Below are positions 15,734 through 25,950 of a stretch of 49,511 nt of DNA, piece after piece; the first letter of the stretch is position 1, and each line of letters opens with the position of its first letter. The position numbers and the translations under genes were made by a program. This DNA comes from Armatimonadota bacterium (GTDB taxonomy: Bacteria; Armatimonadota; Chthonomonadetes; Chthonomonadales; JAMCWF01). Location: contig JAMCWF010000021.1 in the NCBI GenBank assembly GCA_023481295.1, positions 1 through 49,511 of the forward strand, written 5' to 3'. The notes under the pieces were generated by a model, which saw only the letters and a list, made by a program, of their open reading frames with translations, ran no database searches and was not told the origin of the DNA.

Positions 15734-15839
15734 CGCTCGCTGACGCTCACGGCTCGGATGGGCGTTTCGAGACCGGCGGAGTAAAACGCTTCCGAAACGA
15801 TAAAGACGCAACCGTCGGAGCTACGAGCGTCAGCGAGCG
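15734..15839. repeat. long inverted repeat: perfect 15-bp arms separated by 76 nt
   Basis: CGCTCGCTGACGCTC (15734-15748) pairs with GAGCGTCAGCGAGCG (15825-15839). Imperfect pairing continues inward. Confidence 0.6.
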
Positions 15840-15953
15840 ATTATTGATCTGACGCGCGATCATTGTTTAAAGATTACGGTACAACATTGCCGGAGTACTA
15901 GCATACCCACATAATACAGCGAAAAGCGGGAAATAATAGGCTCTTGATCGGTC

Positions 15954-16847
15954 TTATCTCAATTCCGAGATCGAATTCGATGCCGAGCCCGATCCCAATC
16001 GAACCCGCCGGCTGCATCGCCAGCGCCGCTGATAGTACTCCTCCGATAAGGAGCTTATGTGGACCCCCCAATTCCCGGAGGAGTGGATGAAGTGGCCGCT
16101 GCCGATTGCCATTCCGACGTGGGTGATGGTGCGCCTGCGGTAATCAGGCTGGTCCGGCCCGAAAAAGACGAGGTCACCCGCCTGCAGATCGGCCGATGGA
16201 ACGCTGGCCGCTTCCACCCATTCGGATTGCAGATAGGCGTCCCGCGGCAGGAGAATACCATGCTGGCGGTAGATGCGCTGGGTAAATCCGGAACAATCAA
16301 TCCCGAAGGTAGAGACCCCACCCCATAGATAGGGGACTCCCAGCAGCCGCATTCCCGTCTCAATCACGCGCCGGACATTGGGGCGGCGGGTTTCGGGTAT
16401 CGGTGCGAGATCCTTTCGCTTTACTCGCCCGGTCCGGCCGTCAGGCAGCGTCACCATGGCTATTCGATCCATTTCAAACTCCACCATCACCCTCGAGCCC
16501 ATTGCCAGGATCGTTATAGGCTGATCGTGATGTTCGATCTCCCACAGCGTGGCATAGGCGTTCCGGATTTGGGCAATAGTAGGATAACCGATATAGTGAT
16601 TTGGAAGGCGGGGCGGCGCCTCTTCCTCCGCCAGGCTGCTTGCCCAAATCCAGCCGGTGTAACCGTCTTCGGTGTGAGACTCCAAAAATCCGCTCCGTTC
16701 GGATTGCGCCTCAACCCACTCACCCATTAGCGCTTGGCTGATCCTTTCCGAGCGAATATCGGGTTCCACCCGCATATCGGTGACCGCGCGGATGACGATT
16801 CTTCGAGATGGCATAACGTCCCTCTTTACAATTCGGACCTGGCACAT
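15954..16847 (-). CDS. NlpC/P60 (C40) cell-wall peptidase with N-terminal SH3b-like region
   Basis: Catalytic Cys context DCSGFTQRIYRQHGILLPRDAYLQ and the downstream His segment ITHVGMAIG. Confidence 0.75.
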   Translation of the reverse strand: MCQVRIVKRDVMPSRRIVIRAVTDMRVEPDIRSERISQALMGEWVEAQSERSGFLESHTEDGYTGWIWASSLAEEEAPPRLPNHYIGYPTIAQIRNAYATLWEIEHHDQPITILAMGSRVMVEFEMDRIAMVTLPDGRTGRVKRKDLAPIPETRRPNVRRVIETGMRLLGVPYLWGGVSTFGIDCSGFTQRIYRQHGILLPRDAYLQSEWVEAASVPSADLQAGDLVFFGPDQPDYRRRTITHVGMAIGSGHFIHSSGNWGVHISSLSEEYYQRRWRCSRRVRLGSGSASNSISELR

Positions 16848-17066
16848 TCAACTCAGCCAGGTTATCGGATATGGACTATATTTTATCGCAAGTACCAGCC
16901 ATGCCGGAGGGCAATCAGCCAAAATACAGGCCGTACCGATGAATTTCGTTTAATTGGTTGATGGAGCGCCAGCCGGGTTGTTACTTAAAATTGCTAGTGG
17001 GCGAGCAGCGGAGCTTGAAATTCTTGATCCGGCGCATCCGAATTATGCTATGGGATGGCTATGAGA

Positions 17067-17247
17067 GGTTGTTGAAAAAGTCACTGGAGTACGCCGCTTC
17101 GTCATTTTCGCCCCACCTCGTCATTCTCGCGAAAGCGGGAATCCAGTTCATTGCCCATCGGCAGCCAAATGTGCTGATTTTCTGGATTCCAGGTTTCGCT
17201 TTGCGACCCCGGAATGACGACCCAGTGATGTTACCGTATTTTTGAAC
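17067..17247 (-). repeat. MITE-like modular palindromic repeat, copy D (inverted relative to B, C and E)
   Basis: Terminus GGTTGTTGAAAAAG (17067-17080). CGTCATTCTCGCGAAAGCGGGAATCCAG (17119-17146) is the reverse complement of the right module, and CTGGATTCCAGGTTTCGCTTTGCGACCCCGGAATGACGACCC (17182-17223) is the reverse complement of the left module. The other terminus is GTTACCGTATTTTTGAAC (17230-17247). Confidence 0.7.
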
Positions 17248-17311
17248 ATGCTCTTAACGTGGATTCATTTCGATTGACGATGGCATCAAAAATCGGTTAT
17301 GCTCTTAGGTC

Positions 17312-17444
17312 GTTGTTGAAAAACTCTTTTTAGCGTCATCGCGAGGAGCGCAGCGACGTGGCGATCTCACTTTTCACACCGAAAACGAGTTTGCTTCGCG
17401 ATAAAACCGCTCGCAGTGACAAAGAGACACCTTTTTCAACAACC
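17312..17444. repeat. second MITE-like element sharing the same 12-bp terminal inverted repeats but with different internal hairpins (copy F)
   Basis: GTTGTTGAAAAA (17312-17323) and TTTTTCAACAAC (17432-17443) are perfect inverted repeats. The interior differs, with GCGAGGAGCGCAGCGACGTGGCGATCTC and GCTTCGCGATAAAACCGCTCGCAGTGAC. Confidence 0.65.
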
Positions 17445-17490
17445 TCTTAGAGCAATCAGAACCGATTCGCCCTGGTTTTAAGGTATCGCG

Positions 17491-18669
17491 TTGTCGAAAA
17501 ACTATTATGAAGTGCTTGGGCTGGCCTCCACCGCCTTGCCGGAAGAGATCAAACGGCGTTATCGCGAGTTGGCTCGCCGCTACCATCCCGATATCAACCG
17601 GGATGCGGATGCCTCCGATCGCTTTAAGGAGATCAACGAGGCTTATTGCACCCTCTCTCATGCGGGAAGGCGAGCTTCCTACGATCTGGAGCTTCGTTAC
17701 GCCGCCCGCAAGACCGCCGAGCAGACTCGGCCGCAAAAGGCCTCCTCGCCCGCTCCCACACCGGCGTCCCAACCGCCGCATTCAAGCCGCCCTCACTCAC
17801 AACCGGTTGGGGAAGAGACGGTTAAACAGATCGTGCTGCAGGCGCAAATCGCCTACTCGAGGGGACGACTGTTGCAGGCGGCCGGCCTCTGCCGCCAGGC
17901 GCTTCGACTGAATCGTCGCAACGCCGCCGTCTACGAGCTGCTGGCCGATATCTACCGCGCGCAAGGTAAAACCGACGAAGCGATCGCCATGCTGAGTTAC
18001 GCTTTGCAGCTTAATCCATCCAGCCCCTCCATTTCGGCCAAATTCAACCGTATGACCGGCCACCGAAGCCCAACCCGCTCAATGCCCGATTCAGGCGGGC
18101 CATCCCATTCATCACCGCTCTCCGTGTTCGATCACCGCTCGGTTCAATTGGCAGGCCGTGCTTTTGCCCTCGTGATCTGCCTGTTTGTCATAATAATCTC
18201 CTTGGTGGGAGCGCATCAGGCGCCGGGCAATCCTTCACGATGGATCGCCGAGTATCTGCCGTGGCTGGTCGGATGGGACGAAAGGTTGCTGTTATGCTTG
18301 GCCGGCTCTGGGCTGGCAACCGGCGCGTCACTCTCCTTCGTCGGGCGGTTGGCGCCGATCAAGGAGACCTTTTGGTTCACCGCAGGCGGCCCCAGAAAGG
18401 CGGTAGTATCCTTTGCGGCGATAATATTGGCGGCTTCCCTCATATTTTTTTATGGGGCGGCACTGGTCTATTTTATCGCCAGTGTGATGCAGGAGTCGTA
18501 CTCACGCAGCGTTGCCCTGACCATCGCAGCCGCTATGATACTTATCGTATTGTTCGCCTTGGTCTATTCGCCGGGCAGCCAGGTTTCGCTGATATTGTTT
18601 GGAGGAAACATCATTTTCCCCAGCCTCATTGTGGGCTGGGTGTCGGCGGACGGGGTAAGGGGAGCATAA
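17491..18669 (+). CDS. DnaJ (J-domain) protein with Pro-rich linker, TPR segment and C-terminal transmembrane region
   Basis: TTG start. SKNYYEVLGL...YRELARRYHPDIN carries the HPD motif. TPR-like AVYELLADIYRAQGKTDEAIAMLSYALQLNP is followed by 4-5 predicted TM helices. Confidence 0.75.
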   Translation: MSKNYYEVLGLASTALPEEIKRRYRELARRYHPDINRDADASDRFKEINEAYCTLSHAGRRASYDLELRYAARKTAEQTRPQKASSPAPTPASQPPHSSRPHSQPVGEETVKQIVLQAQIAYSRGRLLQAAGLCRQALRLNRRNAAVYELLADIYRAQGKTDEAIAMLSYALQLNPSSPSISAKFNRMTGHRSPTRSMPDSGGPSHSSPLSVFDHRSVQLAGRAFALVICLFVIIISLVGAHQAPGNPSRWIAEYLPWLVGWDERLLLCLAGSGLATGASLSFVGRLAPIKETFWFTAGGPRKAVVSFAAIILAASLIFFYGAALVYFIASVMQESYSRSVALTIAAAMILIVLFALVYSPGSQVSLILFGGNIIFPSLIVGWVSADGVRGA

Positions 18670-18681
18670 TGACGGGCCGCA

Positions 18682-21114
18682 TTATGCGGGCGAAGGCATT
18701 TTGCGAATGAGTCGGAGCGCGTTGGTGGTTACCAGCAGTGAGACACCGGTATCGCTCATTACGGCGATCCAGAGCGGAATGGGAATGATCACCGCTACCG
18801 CAAGCACCACCCCTTTGGTCACCAGGCTGAACGCCACGTTTTGCCGGATGATGTTTAAAGTGCGTCGACTCAACCGGATGAGGTCGCCGAGCTGTGAGAG
18901 GTTATCGCCCATCAACACCACGTCGGCCGCTTCAATCGCGATATCGCTGCCGATGCCGCCCATCACGACGCCCACGTTGGCAGCGGAAAGCGCAGGCGCG
19001 TCATTGATGCCGTCTCCCACCATTGCGACCGTCGAATACGTTCTCTGAAGCTCTCGTATAATTCCCAGCTTATCCTCCGGCAGTAAATTTGCCTTCATTT
19101 CCTTTAGGCCGACCATGTCCGCAACCGCTTGCGCGGAGTGTACGTTGTCACCGGTCAGAAGTGTCTGGTACCTCACTCCCAGCGATCGGAATCGAGAGAT
19201 GGCACTCGAAGCGTTTTGCCTGGGGCGATCGCTGATCACGATAACACCGACTGCTTTCTTTCCCGCTCCCAGTATAAGGGCGGTCTTACCCTTTGCTTCG
19301 ATGACGGCCACCACCTCGCCGGCTCCGTTTAAATCGGCTTTGAGTGTGTGGGCTAAACGGATGCTGCCCAGCCAGTAAGGATCTCCGTCCAATTCGGCAC
19401 GGATCCCTTGGCCGGGAAGCTCCGTGAAATGGACGATCTTCAAGGGAGACCGGTGATCGGTTGCTCGTTGATAGTTGGCAAATGCGGCGGCTAAAGGGTG
19501 TTCAGAGCGGGATTCGATCGCGCCCGCGATATTTAAGATTTCGTTACAGGGTAGCGTATCCAGTGGAACGACGTTCTCCACAACCGGCCTGCCTTCGGTG
19601 AGAGTGCCGGTTTTATCATAGACGATCGCGTCAATCCGACCGAGCTGCTCCAGATAGGCGCCGCCTTTAATTAGTGCTCCCATTCTGGAGGCTTGCCCAA
19701 TCGCCGCAACGACCGCCACCGGGGTGGAGATAACCAGCGCGCACGGGCAAGCGATTAACAACAAGCTTAAGCCCCGGTGCAACCAGGCAATCCAGAGGGA
19801 GCTGGTGGCCAGTTGGCCGGCCCATTGTATCCGCAGCGAGATGCACAGCGGCACCAGAAATGCAATGATGATCGCCAAGATCACCACGAGAGGCGTATAG
19901 CGCCGCGCAAATCGGTCCACCAGCTCCTCATACGGCGCCTTTTGAGCTTGCGCCTGATCCACCAGCTTTACTATATTGGCCAGTGATGTCTGGCTGAAAA
20001 TTTTCCGAACCCTGACCTCAATCGCACCGGAGCCGTTTATGCTGCCCGCATAAACCCGATCTCCGCTCGATTTGTGCACCGGCAAACTCTCTCCGGTGAT
20101 CGGCGCCTGATTGACCTCCGTTTCGCCAGCAATCACATCGCCGTCCAGCGCGATTCGCTCACCAGGTCGAACGATAACCACTTCATCCAGCCGTACATTT
20201 TCCGGCGCGATCTCAAAATCACCGCGTCCCCTCCTCACCAGCACCTTGCTGGGTGTGGTTTCCAGTAGTTGTCGGATCGAGCGCCGCGTTCGTTCCATCG
20301 CCGCGGATTGCAGCAGGGTTCCGATATCGTAAAGTATAACGACGCCTACCGCATCTTCCCACTGTCCGATAACTCCGGCCCCGATAACGGCGAAGGTCAT
20401 CAGCACGTTCATATCAATCGAACCGTCACGGAGCGCAAAAACGGCGCTACGCTGGATCTGCCAGCCGCCGAACACGATCGCTAGCAGGAATAGCCAGTCC
20501 GATATCGCACCATACCCTCGATGCGCACTTAAAGCACCTAAGAGAGCGATCCCAGCGGCCAGCACGGTGCTGATCAACCGGCGGTTGTGAAGCCAGGGCG
20601 GCGTGACAGTACGGGATGGTCTGGTTGAAGTCGCTATATCTCGATTTTCTTGGGGCTTGAGTGTACAGGCGCGAATACCGTGCCTCTCGATCTCCTCCTC
20701 GATTTTAGAGGGGCGAGTAACATCCCGCTCATATTCCACGTGGATTTTGGCCGCAGCAAAGTTAGCCCCCACCCATAGGACTCCCGGCATGCTGGCAACC
20801 GCCTTTTCCACCGTGTGGAGGCAATCGGGGCAATCCATCTCACTTAGACCGAAGGTCCGATGGGCGATTCGGCTATCCAACGACGCGCCGATCTTGCGGA
20901 TCTCACTCTCGATACGAGACACTGAAATTAAATTGGGGTCAAAGGTAACTGAAATCTCGGTGCGAGTATTGCTGACGGAGACATCGTCCACGCCCTTGAT
21001 GCGTCGAATGCCATTCTGGAGATCCGCCACGCACTTTTGACAGTTCTCACCGCTGGGTAAGGATATCGGTAATTTTAATCGCCGCTGGTGTCCATTCAAT
21101 TGGGTATCGCTCAA
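18682..21114 (-). CDS. heavy-metal (Zn/Cd/Pb-type) P1B-ATPase
   Basis: Motifs CPC ([11 protein letters not shown]), DKTGTLT, SEHPLA and GDGINDAP. Two N-terminal HMA-like domains carry CQKC and CPDC. The TTG start overlaps the arsR stop (TTGA). Confidence 0.85.
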   Translation of the reverse strand: MSDTQLNGHQRRLKLPISLPSGENCQKCVADLQNGIRRIKGVDDVSVSNTRTEISVTFDPNLISVSRIESEIRKIGASLDSRIAHRTFGLSEMDCPDCLHTVEKAVASMPGVLWVGANFAAAKIHVEYERDVTRPSKIEEEIERHGIRACTLKPQENRDIATSTRPSRTVTPPWLHNRRLISTVLAAGIALLGALSAHRGYGAISDWLFLLAIVFGGWQIQRSAVFALRDGSIDMNVLMTFAVIGAGVIGQWEDAVGVVILYDIGTLLQSAAMERTRRSIRQLLETTPSKVLVRRGRGDFEIAPENVRLDEVVIVRPGERIALDGDVIAGETEVNQAPITGESLPVHKSSGDRVYAGSINGSGAIEVRVRKIFSQTSLANIVKLVDQAQAQKAPYEELVDRFARRYTPLVVILAIIIAFLVPLCISLRIQWAGQLATSSLWIAWLHRGLSLLLIACPCALVISTPVAVVAAIGQASRMGALIKGGAYLEQLGRIDAIVYDKTGTLTEGRPVVENVVPLDTLPCNEILNIAGAIESRSEHPLAAAFANYQRATDHRSPLKIVHFTELPGQGIRAELDGDPYWLGSIRLAHTLKADLNGAGEVVAVIEAKGKTALILGAGKKAVGVIVISDRPRQNASSAISRFRSLGVRYQTLLTGDNVHSAQAVADMVGLKEMKANLLPEDKLGIIRELQRTYSTVAMVGDGINDAPALSAANVGVVMGGIGSDIAIEAADVVLMGDNLSQLGDLIRLSRRTLNIIRQNVAFSLVTKGVVLAVAVIIPIPLWIAVMSDTGVSLLVTTNALRLIRKMPSPA

Positions 21115-21488
21115 CGGCGCCCTCCCTCAAGCAGGTGCTCCAGCCCCTGTTCCAACAAGTCCTTGATATGTTGATCATCCAATGAGTAGTAGACCAGACG
21201 ACCGCTGCGGCGATGTTTGACCAGCCTCAAGTTGCGAAGCATGCGTAGGTGATGTGAAACGGTGGATTGAGAGATTCCGGCCGCCGCCGAGAGATCACAG
21301 ACGCATAGCTCGGCGATGGAGAGGCAGTGGAGCAGGCGCAGACGGGTGCTATCGGCCAAAGCGGCGTAAAATTCAGCCATATCCTGCGCAACCGTCTCGC
21401 TGATGATTGCAGCCTTCGTCCGGACAACTTGCTCTTCGTCCACGATGCCTATCTCATTGGCATCGATGTTGGATGATGTAATTGCCAT
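21111..21488 (-). CDS. ArsR/SmtB-family metal-sensing repressor
   Basis: [31 protein letters not shown] wHTH with an alpha3 CVC site. The gene is translationally coupled to the ATPase. Confidence 0.85.
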   Translation of the reverse strand: MAITSSNIDANEIGIVDEEQVVRTKAAIISETVAQDMAEFYAALADSTRLRLLHCLSIAELCVCDLSAAAGISQSTVSHHLRMLRNLRLVKHRRSGRLVYYSLDDQHIKDLLEQGLEHLLEGGRR

Positions 21489-21573
21489 TTTGTTATTAAC
21501 CTATGAACATATCTACAATTATGATACCATAAAAGCAATAGCAAGATCGATGCAAGAGACTGTGAAATAAATT

Positions 21574-21591
21574 CCAGGCGGTTATGCCTGG
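21574..21591 (-). terminator. weak candidate intrinsic terminator after the 21660-22478 gene
   Basis: The minus strand reads CCAGGC-ATAACC-GCCTGG followed by AATTTATTT. The stem is only 6 bp. Confidence 0.3.
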
Positions 21592-21659
21592 TACCAGCCG
21601 GAGATATTTAAAAAAATTGGTAGTTCGGGCTGCCCGTTAATGGCATACCGGTCTAATCG

Positions 21660-22478
21660 CTAGTCGCCCTTTTGAATCGGGTATCCGCGCTTCGCCCAGT
21701 CTTTATCGAAGCTGTCCGGGAGATAGAGCGCCTTGAGGCGGGTAAACCCCATCTTCTTCAGCAAAGCGAATGCGGGTCGAATGTTGGGGCAGTGCAGCCA
21801 GGGGCAGCACCCGCAGTAGATCACGATGTTGCGATCTCGAGGCAGTTTTGCCAATGCTCTGCCGATTGAGGCGATACCATCCGGGGTAGCTGCATGGCCG
21901 ACGTGAATGGAGTCCGGAATGTGCTCCATTTTGTACAGAAATGGCACTCCCACGTGATAAATGATCGGGCGGTCCGACGAAGAGAGCCAGTAGTACAACA
22001 CCGGTACCGTGATGAGCTGGTTCGGTTTCCATGGATCGGCGATGCCGATCGGAATGGGCGGCTCCATGCTCCATACCTTGCCGGTCTGCACCCAGACATA
22101 GAGGGGGTGCCGATTTAACTTGTGTAATTTCGTGCCCAGCAGCTTGTAACCGCCGCGCTGGTGCTGGAAGAAAAAATCTAGTACCGCCGTCTCGCCACCT
22201 TTCGCATTCAATTGGGCGCCCAACGCATAATTGCCTTTTGGCAGATTGCGTTTGGAGGGGGATATTTTCAGCGTGTTGGGGATGAGCTTAAGCACCCCAC
22301 CGTTTACGGCGTCCTTTACCACGAGATAGCCGTCATGAGATTTCGCCTGAAGCGCAACATATCGGCTGATGACCGCAGCGGAATTAGAAACAGGGCCGAG
22401 GGCGAACGACACTGCTGGAATAAAGGTCAATGCCCCTACGCAAAGCAAGATACTTATTGATGATTTTCGAATTTCCAT
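21660..22478 (-). CDS. secreted hypothetical protein, C-terminal rhodanese-like Cys-rich segment (tentative)
   Basis: 272 aa with a signal peptide. IVIYCGCCPWLHCPN ... LKKMGFTRLKALYLP resembles a rhodanese fold end. No firm family call. Confidence 0.45.
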   Translation of the reverse strand: MEIRKSSISILLCVGALTFIPAVSFALGPVSNSAAVISRYVALQAKSHDGYLVVKDAVNGGVLKLIPNTLKISPSKRNLPKGNYALGAQLNAKGGETAVLDFFFQHQRGGYKLLGTKLHKLNRHPLYVWVQTGKVWSMEPPIPIGIADPWKPNQLITVPVLYYWLSSSDRPIIYHVGVPFLYKMEHIPDSIHVGHAATPDGIASIGRALAKLPRDRNIVIYCGCCPWLHCPNIRPAFALLKKMGFTRLKALYLPDSFDKDWAKRGYPIQKGD

Positions 22479-22585
22479 TTAAAAGCGCCTCGATTCCGTA
22501 TTAAAGAGAAAGTAGTATGGCGCTCGCTGGTTAAGGATGCGCCATACTGCTTTCCGTGTACTCACCTGTCTGCAACGCAGGTTCG

Positions 22586-23008
22586 CTAAAGGGCGTTTTT
22601 CTTTGGAACCGGTGACGCACCCGGCAGCACCGTCCTGAAATGGCGCAGCCAGATCAAGCCGACCGTTTGCCTCGTGCCGGAGTTGGCTCGTGCATCCAGC
22701 TTACTCACCGTGACGAGCAGGTGACCCCGCACGGTGATGAGGACCTGGTTATTAAGCCGGACTAGGCGGATGTCGTGTGCCCGAAGCGGTGGATGTTCGG
22801 TCTCTGAAAGGATGTTGGTAATCCGTTCTTCGATTATACCTTCACGTTGCTTTGGGGAAAATCCAGCCACCGTCGCCCGAAAGGTCAGTATCTCTCTCCC
22901 ATCAAACGCCAATCGCCCAGCTGTGTTCGATTGACTTGCTGACGCGACTGCAGCCAGTGCCAGCATTGAGCCGAGAGCCATCAACCAAGCAACCAATCTC
23001 AATTTCAT
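22586..23008 (-). CDS. small secreted hypothetical protein
   Basis: 140 aa with a clear signal peptide (MKLRLVAWLMALGSMLALAAVASA). No recognisable motifs. Confidence 0.45.
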   Translation of the reverse strand: MKLRLVAWLMALGSMLALAAVASASQSNTAGRLAFDGREILTFRATVAGFSPKQREGIIEERITNILSETEHPPLRAHDIRLVRLNNQVLITVRGHLLVTVSKLDARANSGTRQTVGLIWLRHFRTVLPGASPVPKKNAL

Positions 23009-23353
23009 TTGTCGTGTGCTACCTCCACTGTGTACCTTTCAAATTGTTAGTGATCCTGCTCTGCTATTCCTGCCCCAAATCCAGGTGATCTAGTGTACCA
23101 TAATCCGTTCAGTTATATTACGGATATTTTTGCCACTCAGTGACCCGTACCGCCATCGCTTTACTGCTATTATAGAACGGTAGGCTAAATACGAATTCAC
23201 GCAGTCATATCGGCGTAGGTTGAATTTTGGTAGGGGCGACACAAGAATCGCCCCGGTTGCACGATCGGTTTTAGGCTTGGTAGTGAGGTTTAATGTAGGT
23301 ACCGGGAATTCGTCGCGGACGACATAGGTCGAGATTGAGGAGGTTAAAATTCA

Positions 23354-24070
23354 ATGTCCAACTTGGATTGCAAATATTTGGATATCCCTTCAGCGGATGG
23401 CTCGGCAGTGAGAGCTTATATGGCCAGGCCGGTCGGGAGAGGGGTGCTTCCGGTGCTGCTTGTGCTTCAGGAGGCGTTTGGGGTGAACGCTCACATCCGC
23501 CAGGTCGCGGAACGTTTCGCGGCCGGACTGGGCTACCTGGCGATCGCGCCGGAGCTGTTTCATCGAACCGCGCCCGGTATTGAAGGGGATTACAACGATT
23601 TCACCGGCGTTATGGAACACGTGCGAGCACTCACCGAGGAGGGAATGTCGGCTGATTTTACTGGGGTTTACAACTGGATTCGGGGACAGGAAGCGGTGGA
23701 TTGTGAGATGGTAGGCGCGGTGGGGTTCTGCATGGGAGGGCGTGCGGCTTTCCTCTGCAATTCGGTATTGCCATTAAAGGCGGCAGTATCATATTACGGA
23801 GGCGGCATCGCGCCAGGCCTGCTGGGTCGCGCCCCGGCCATGCAAGGGCCGATTCTGCTGTTTTGGGGCGGCATGGATCAACACATCGGGCCGGAGCAGA
23901 GACGCGCGGTAAGCGATGCGCTTTGTGATGCGGGAAAAAAGTACGTGGCGGTGGAGTTCTCCGATGCACAGCACGGCTTTTTTTGCGATGTCCGCCCCTC
24001 TTATAATCCGGACGCCGCGATTCAATCCTGGGCGCTCACGGTGGAGTTTTTTAAGGCTTACTTGAAATAA
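23354..24070 (+). CDS. dienelactone hydrolase family protein
   Basis: 238 aa. Nucleophile context GFCMGGRAA and C-terminal HGF. GAGGAGG SD upstream. Confidence 0.75.
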   Translation: MSNLDCKYLDIPSADGSAVRAYMARPVGRGVLPVLLVLQEAFGVNAHIRQVAERFAAGLGYLAIAPELFHRTAPGIEGDYNDFTGVMEHVRALTEEGMSADFTGVYNWIRGQEAVDCEMVGAVGFCMGGRAAFLCNSVLPLKAAVSYYGGGIAPGLLGRAPAMQGPILLFWGGMDQHIGPEQRRAVSDALCDAGKKYVAVEFSDAQHGFFCDVRPSYNPDAAIQSWALTVEFFKAYLK

Positions 24071-24432
24071 CGGTGACCGCCAAGGCGTGCAATATCGGCA
24101 CGAGCAACAGTTCAGTCTTCCGGGAACAATAATTGTGTGTGCGGGAGGTGATGGTCGGCAATGATGGGTTTACTCACTTAATCAGTGACTAAACGGGTAA
24201 GCCGAAAGACACTCCAATAAATCGTCGTACATAAAATATTAACCTTTCCCTACCAACAGGCCGAGATGAATCACTCCCGCAGAATTGAAATCTTTTTGGC
24301 AGGGTCACGGCGTGGCATGTCCCCCAAAAAGGGGTAGTATGCCGGTTGTGCGCTGAAAGGTGACATCTTAGCTGTAATATAGCAGGCAAAGAAATGTTAA
24401 CCGGCTTCCTCGTGAATTGGTAGGCTGGGCGG

Positions 24433-24461
24433 TTGAATGACGTCGTCAGCCATGTTATAAT
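24433..24461 (+). promoter_or_regulatory. sigma70-type promoter for dnaA: TTGAAT-17 nt-TATAAT
   Basis: -35 TTGAAT at 24433-24438, a 17-nt spacer, and -10 TATAAT at 24456-24461, about 30 nt upstream of the dnaA ATG. Confidence 0.55.
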
Positions 24462-24491
24462 GGGCGATCGGTTGGGTTGTTGGAGGGCTGT

Positions 24492-25874
24492 ATGAGCGAA
24501 CAGCTTCGCATTGATGATGATGATTTTTCGATTGCTCTGCGTCGTACATGGGAGCGTGCGCTACAGCTTTTATCGGCCAAGGTCAGCATAGTTACCTACG
24601 AAAGTTATCTGCGTCCCATCCACCCAATCTCTTGGAACGGCACCGAAGTGGTTTTGGGTGCTCCCAGTCCATTTGCGCGTGAATGGATCGAAAAGCGGTA
24701 TAGCAACGGCATCCGTGCCGTTTTGGAATCGCTATTTGAGCAGACGATCAAGTTGCGTTTTGTGATCACCGAGGACCCCGACCCAGCGCCAAGCGTTGAG
24801 CGGCGGGTCCCTCGGCGGGCGGCGCGTGCTACCCCGGATGCTCCCTCGCTGCCGCTGAACGAGAAATTTACATTCGACCATTTCGTGGTGGGGGATTCCA
24901 ATCGTCTGGCTCAAGCCGGATCCATCGCCGTTTCAGTGGAACCAGGTAAAGCCTACAACCCGCTCTTTCTTTATGGGCCGCCTGGTGTCGGTAAGACACA
25001 CCTGCTCCACGCAATCGCCCACTCCTGTTTCGAGCACAAGCCCGACATCCGGGTTGCCTACGTATCGGGGGAGCATTTCACCCAACATTATCTGCTAGCC
25101 CTTCGTGAAAACCGGACGAATGAGCTTCGCCGGCGAATGCGCGGGGTTGATGTTTGGCTGGTAGACGATGTGCAGTTCATCGCTGGAAAAACATCCACCA
25201 AGGAGGAGTTTTTTCACACTTTTAATACGCTGCACCAGTCCGGTAAGCAGATCGTGATCTGCAGCGATCGCAGTCCCCGTGAATTGCGGGAGATGGACGA
25301 AAGGCTCCGCTCACGCTTTGAATGCGGGTTGATTGCCGACATCCAGATGCCGGAATTCGACACCCGACTTCGCATTTTAAAGCATCATTGCAAGGAAAAT
25401 CGTTACGACATCCCCAATGAGGTGCTCAATGAGCTGGCTTCTGCCATTCAATCAAATGTCCGTGCTCTCGAGGGCGCGCTCGTTAAACTGGTGACCTACG
25501 CCTCGGTGATGTCGAAACCGATCGATATCGAGCTGACGCAGCGAATCCTCTCCGAGTACCTAATCACTCGTCCGGCCAGCTCCGTCACCATCACTTGCGA
25601 TTTGGTAATCCAAAAGGTTTCCGAAAGCTTCGGCGTACCGCCCGATCATTTGCGGAGCGCCCGCCGAGACACCGATATCCTATTGGCCCGACAGGTCGCG
25701 ATCTATCTGTGCCGTGAATTCACCTCGTGCTCATTGAAAAGCATCGGGGTGGCGTTCGGTGGCCGTGACCACACCACGATCCTTCATTCCATCGAGCGAA
25801 TTGAGCAAAAGAGTACGTTGGATACTCAGCTCAGGCACCGAATCGATACATTACGCGACAAAATCAGGTGCTGA
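24492..25874 (+). CDS. dnaA: chromosomal replication initiator protein DnaA
   Basis: AAA+ Walker A GPPGVGKTHLL, box VII and a C-terminal DNA-binding domain (HTTILHSIERI). I chose the ATG at 24492, which follows GGAGGG, over the TTG at 24477. Confidence 0.9.
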   Translation: MSEQLRIDDDDFSIALRRTWERALQLLSAKVSIVTYESYLRPIHPISWNGTEVVLGAPSPFAREWIEKRYSNGIRAVLESLFEQTIKLRFVITEDPDPAPSVERRVPRRAARATPDAPSLPLNEKFTFDHFVVGDSNRLAQAGSIAVSVEPGKAYNPLFLYGPPGVGKTHLLHAIAHSCFEHKPDIRVAYVSGEHFTQHYLLALRENRTNELRRRMRGVDVWLVDDVQFIAGKTSTKEEFFHTFNTLHQSGKQIVICSDRSPRELREMDERLRSRFECGLIADIQMPEFDTRLRILKHHCKENRYDIPNEVLNELASAIQSNVRALEGALVKLVTYASVMSKPIDIELTQRILSEYLITRPASSVTITCDLVIQKVSESFGVPPDHLRSARRDTDILLARQVAIYLCREFTSCSLKSIGVAFGGRDHTTILHSIERIEQKSTLDTQLRHRIDTLRDKIRC

Positions 25875-25950
25875 TCTTACCTCACCAGTTACGTCTCCCC
25901 GAATTTCATCTCAATGGAGGGGGGGTATTCCACCGGATTCAATTGGCCCA

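Noticed and set aside
21489-21560. ArsR/SmtB operator in the AT-rich region upstream of the arsR-ATPase pair (TATGAACATATCTACAATTATGATA)
   Set aside because: The dyad symmetry is only weak and imperfect when compared base by base. That is not enough to call a 12-2-12 operator.
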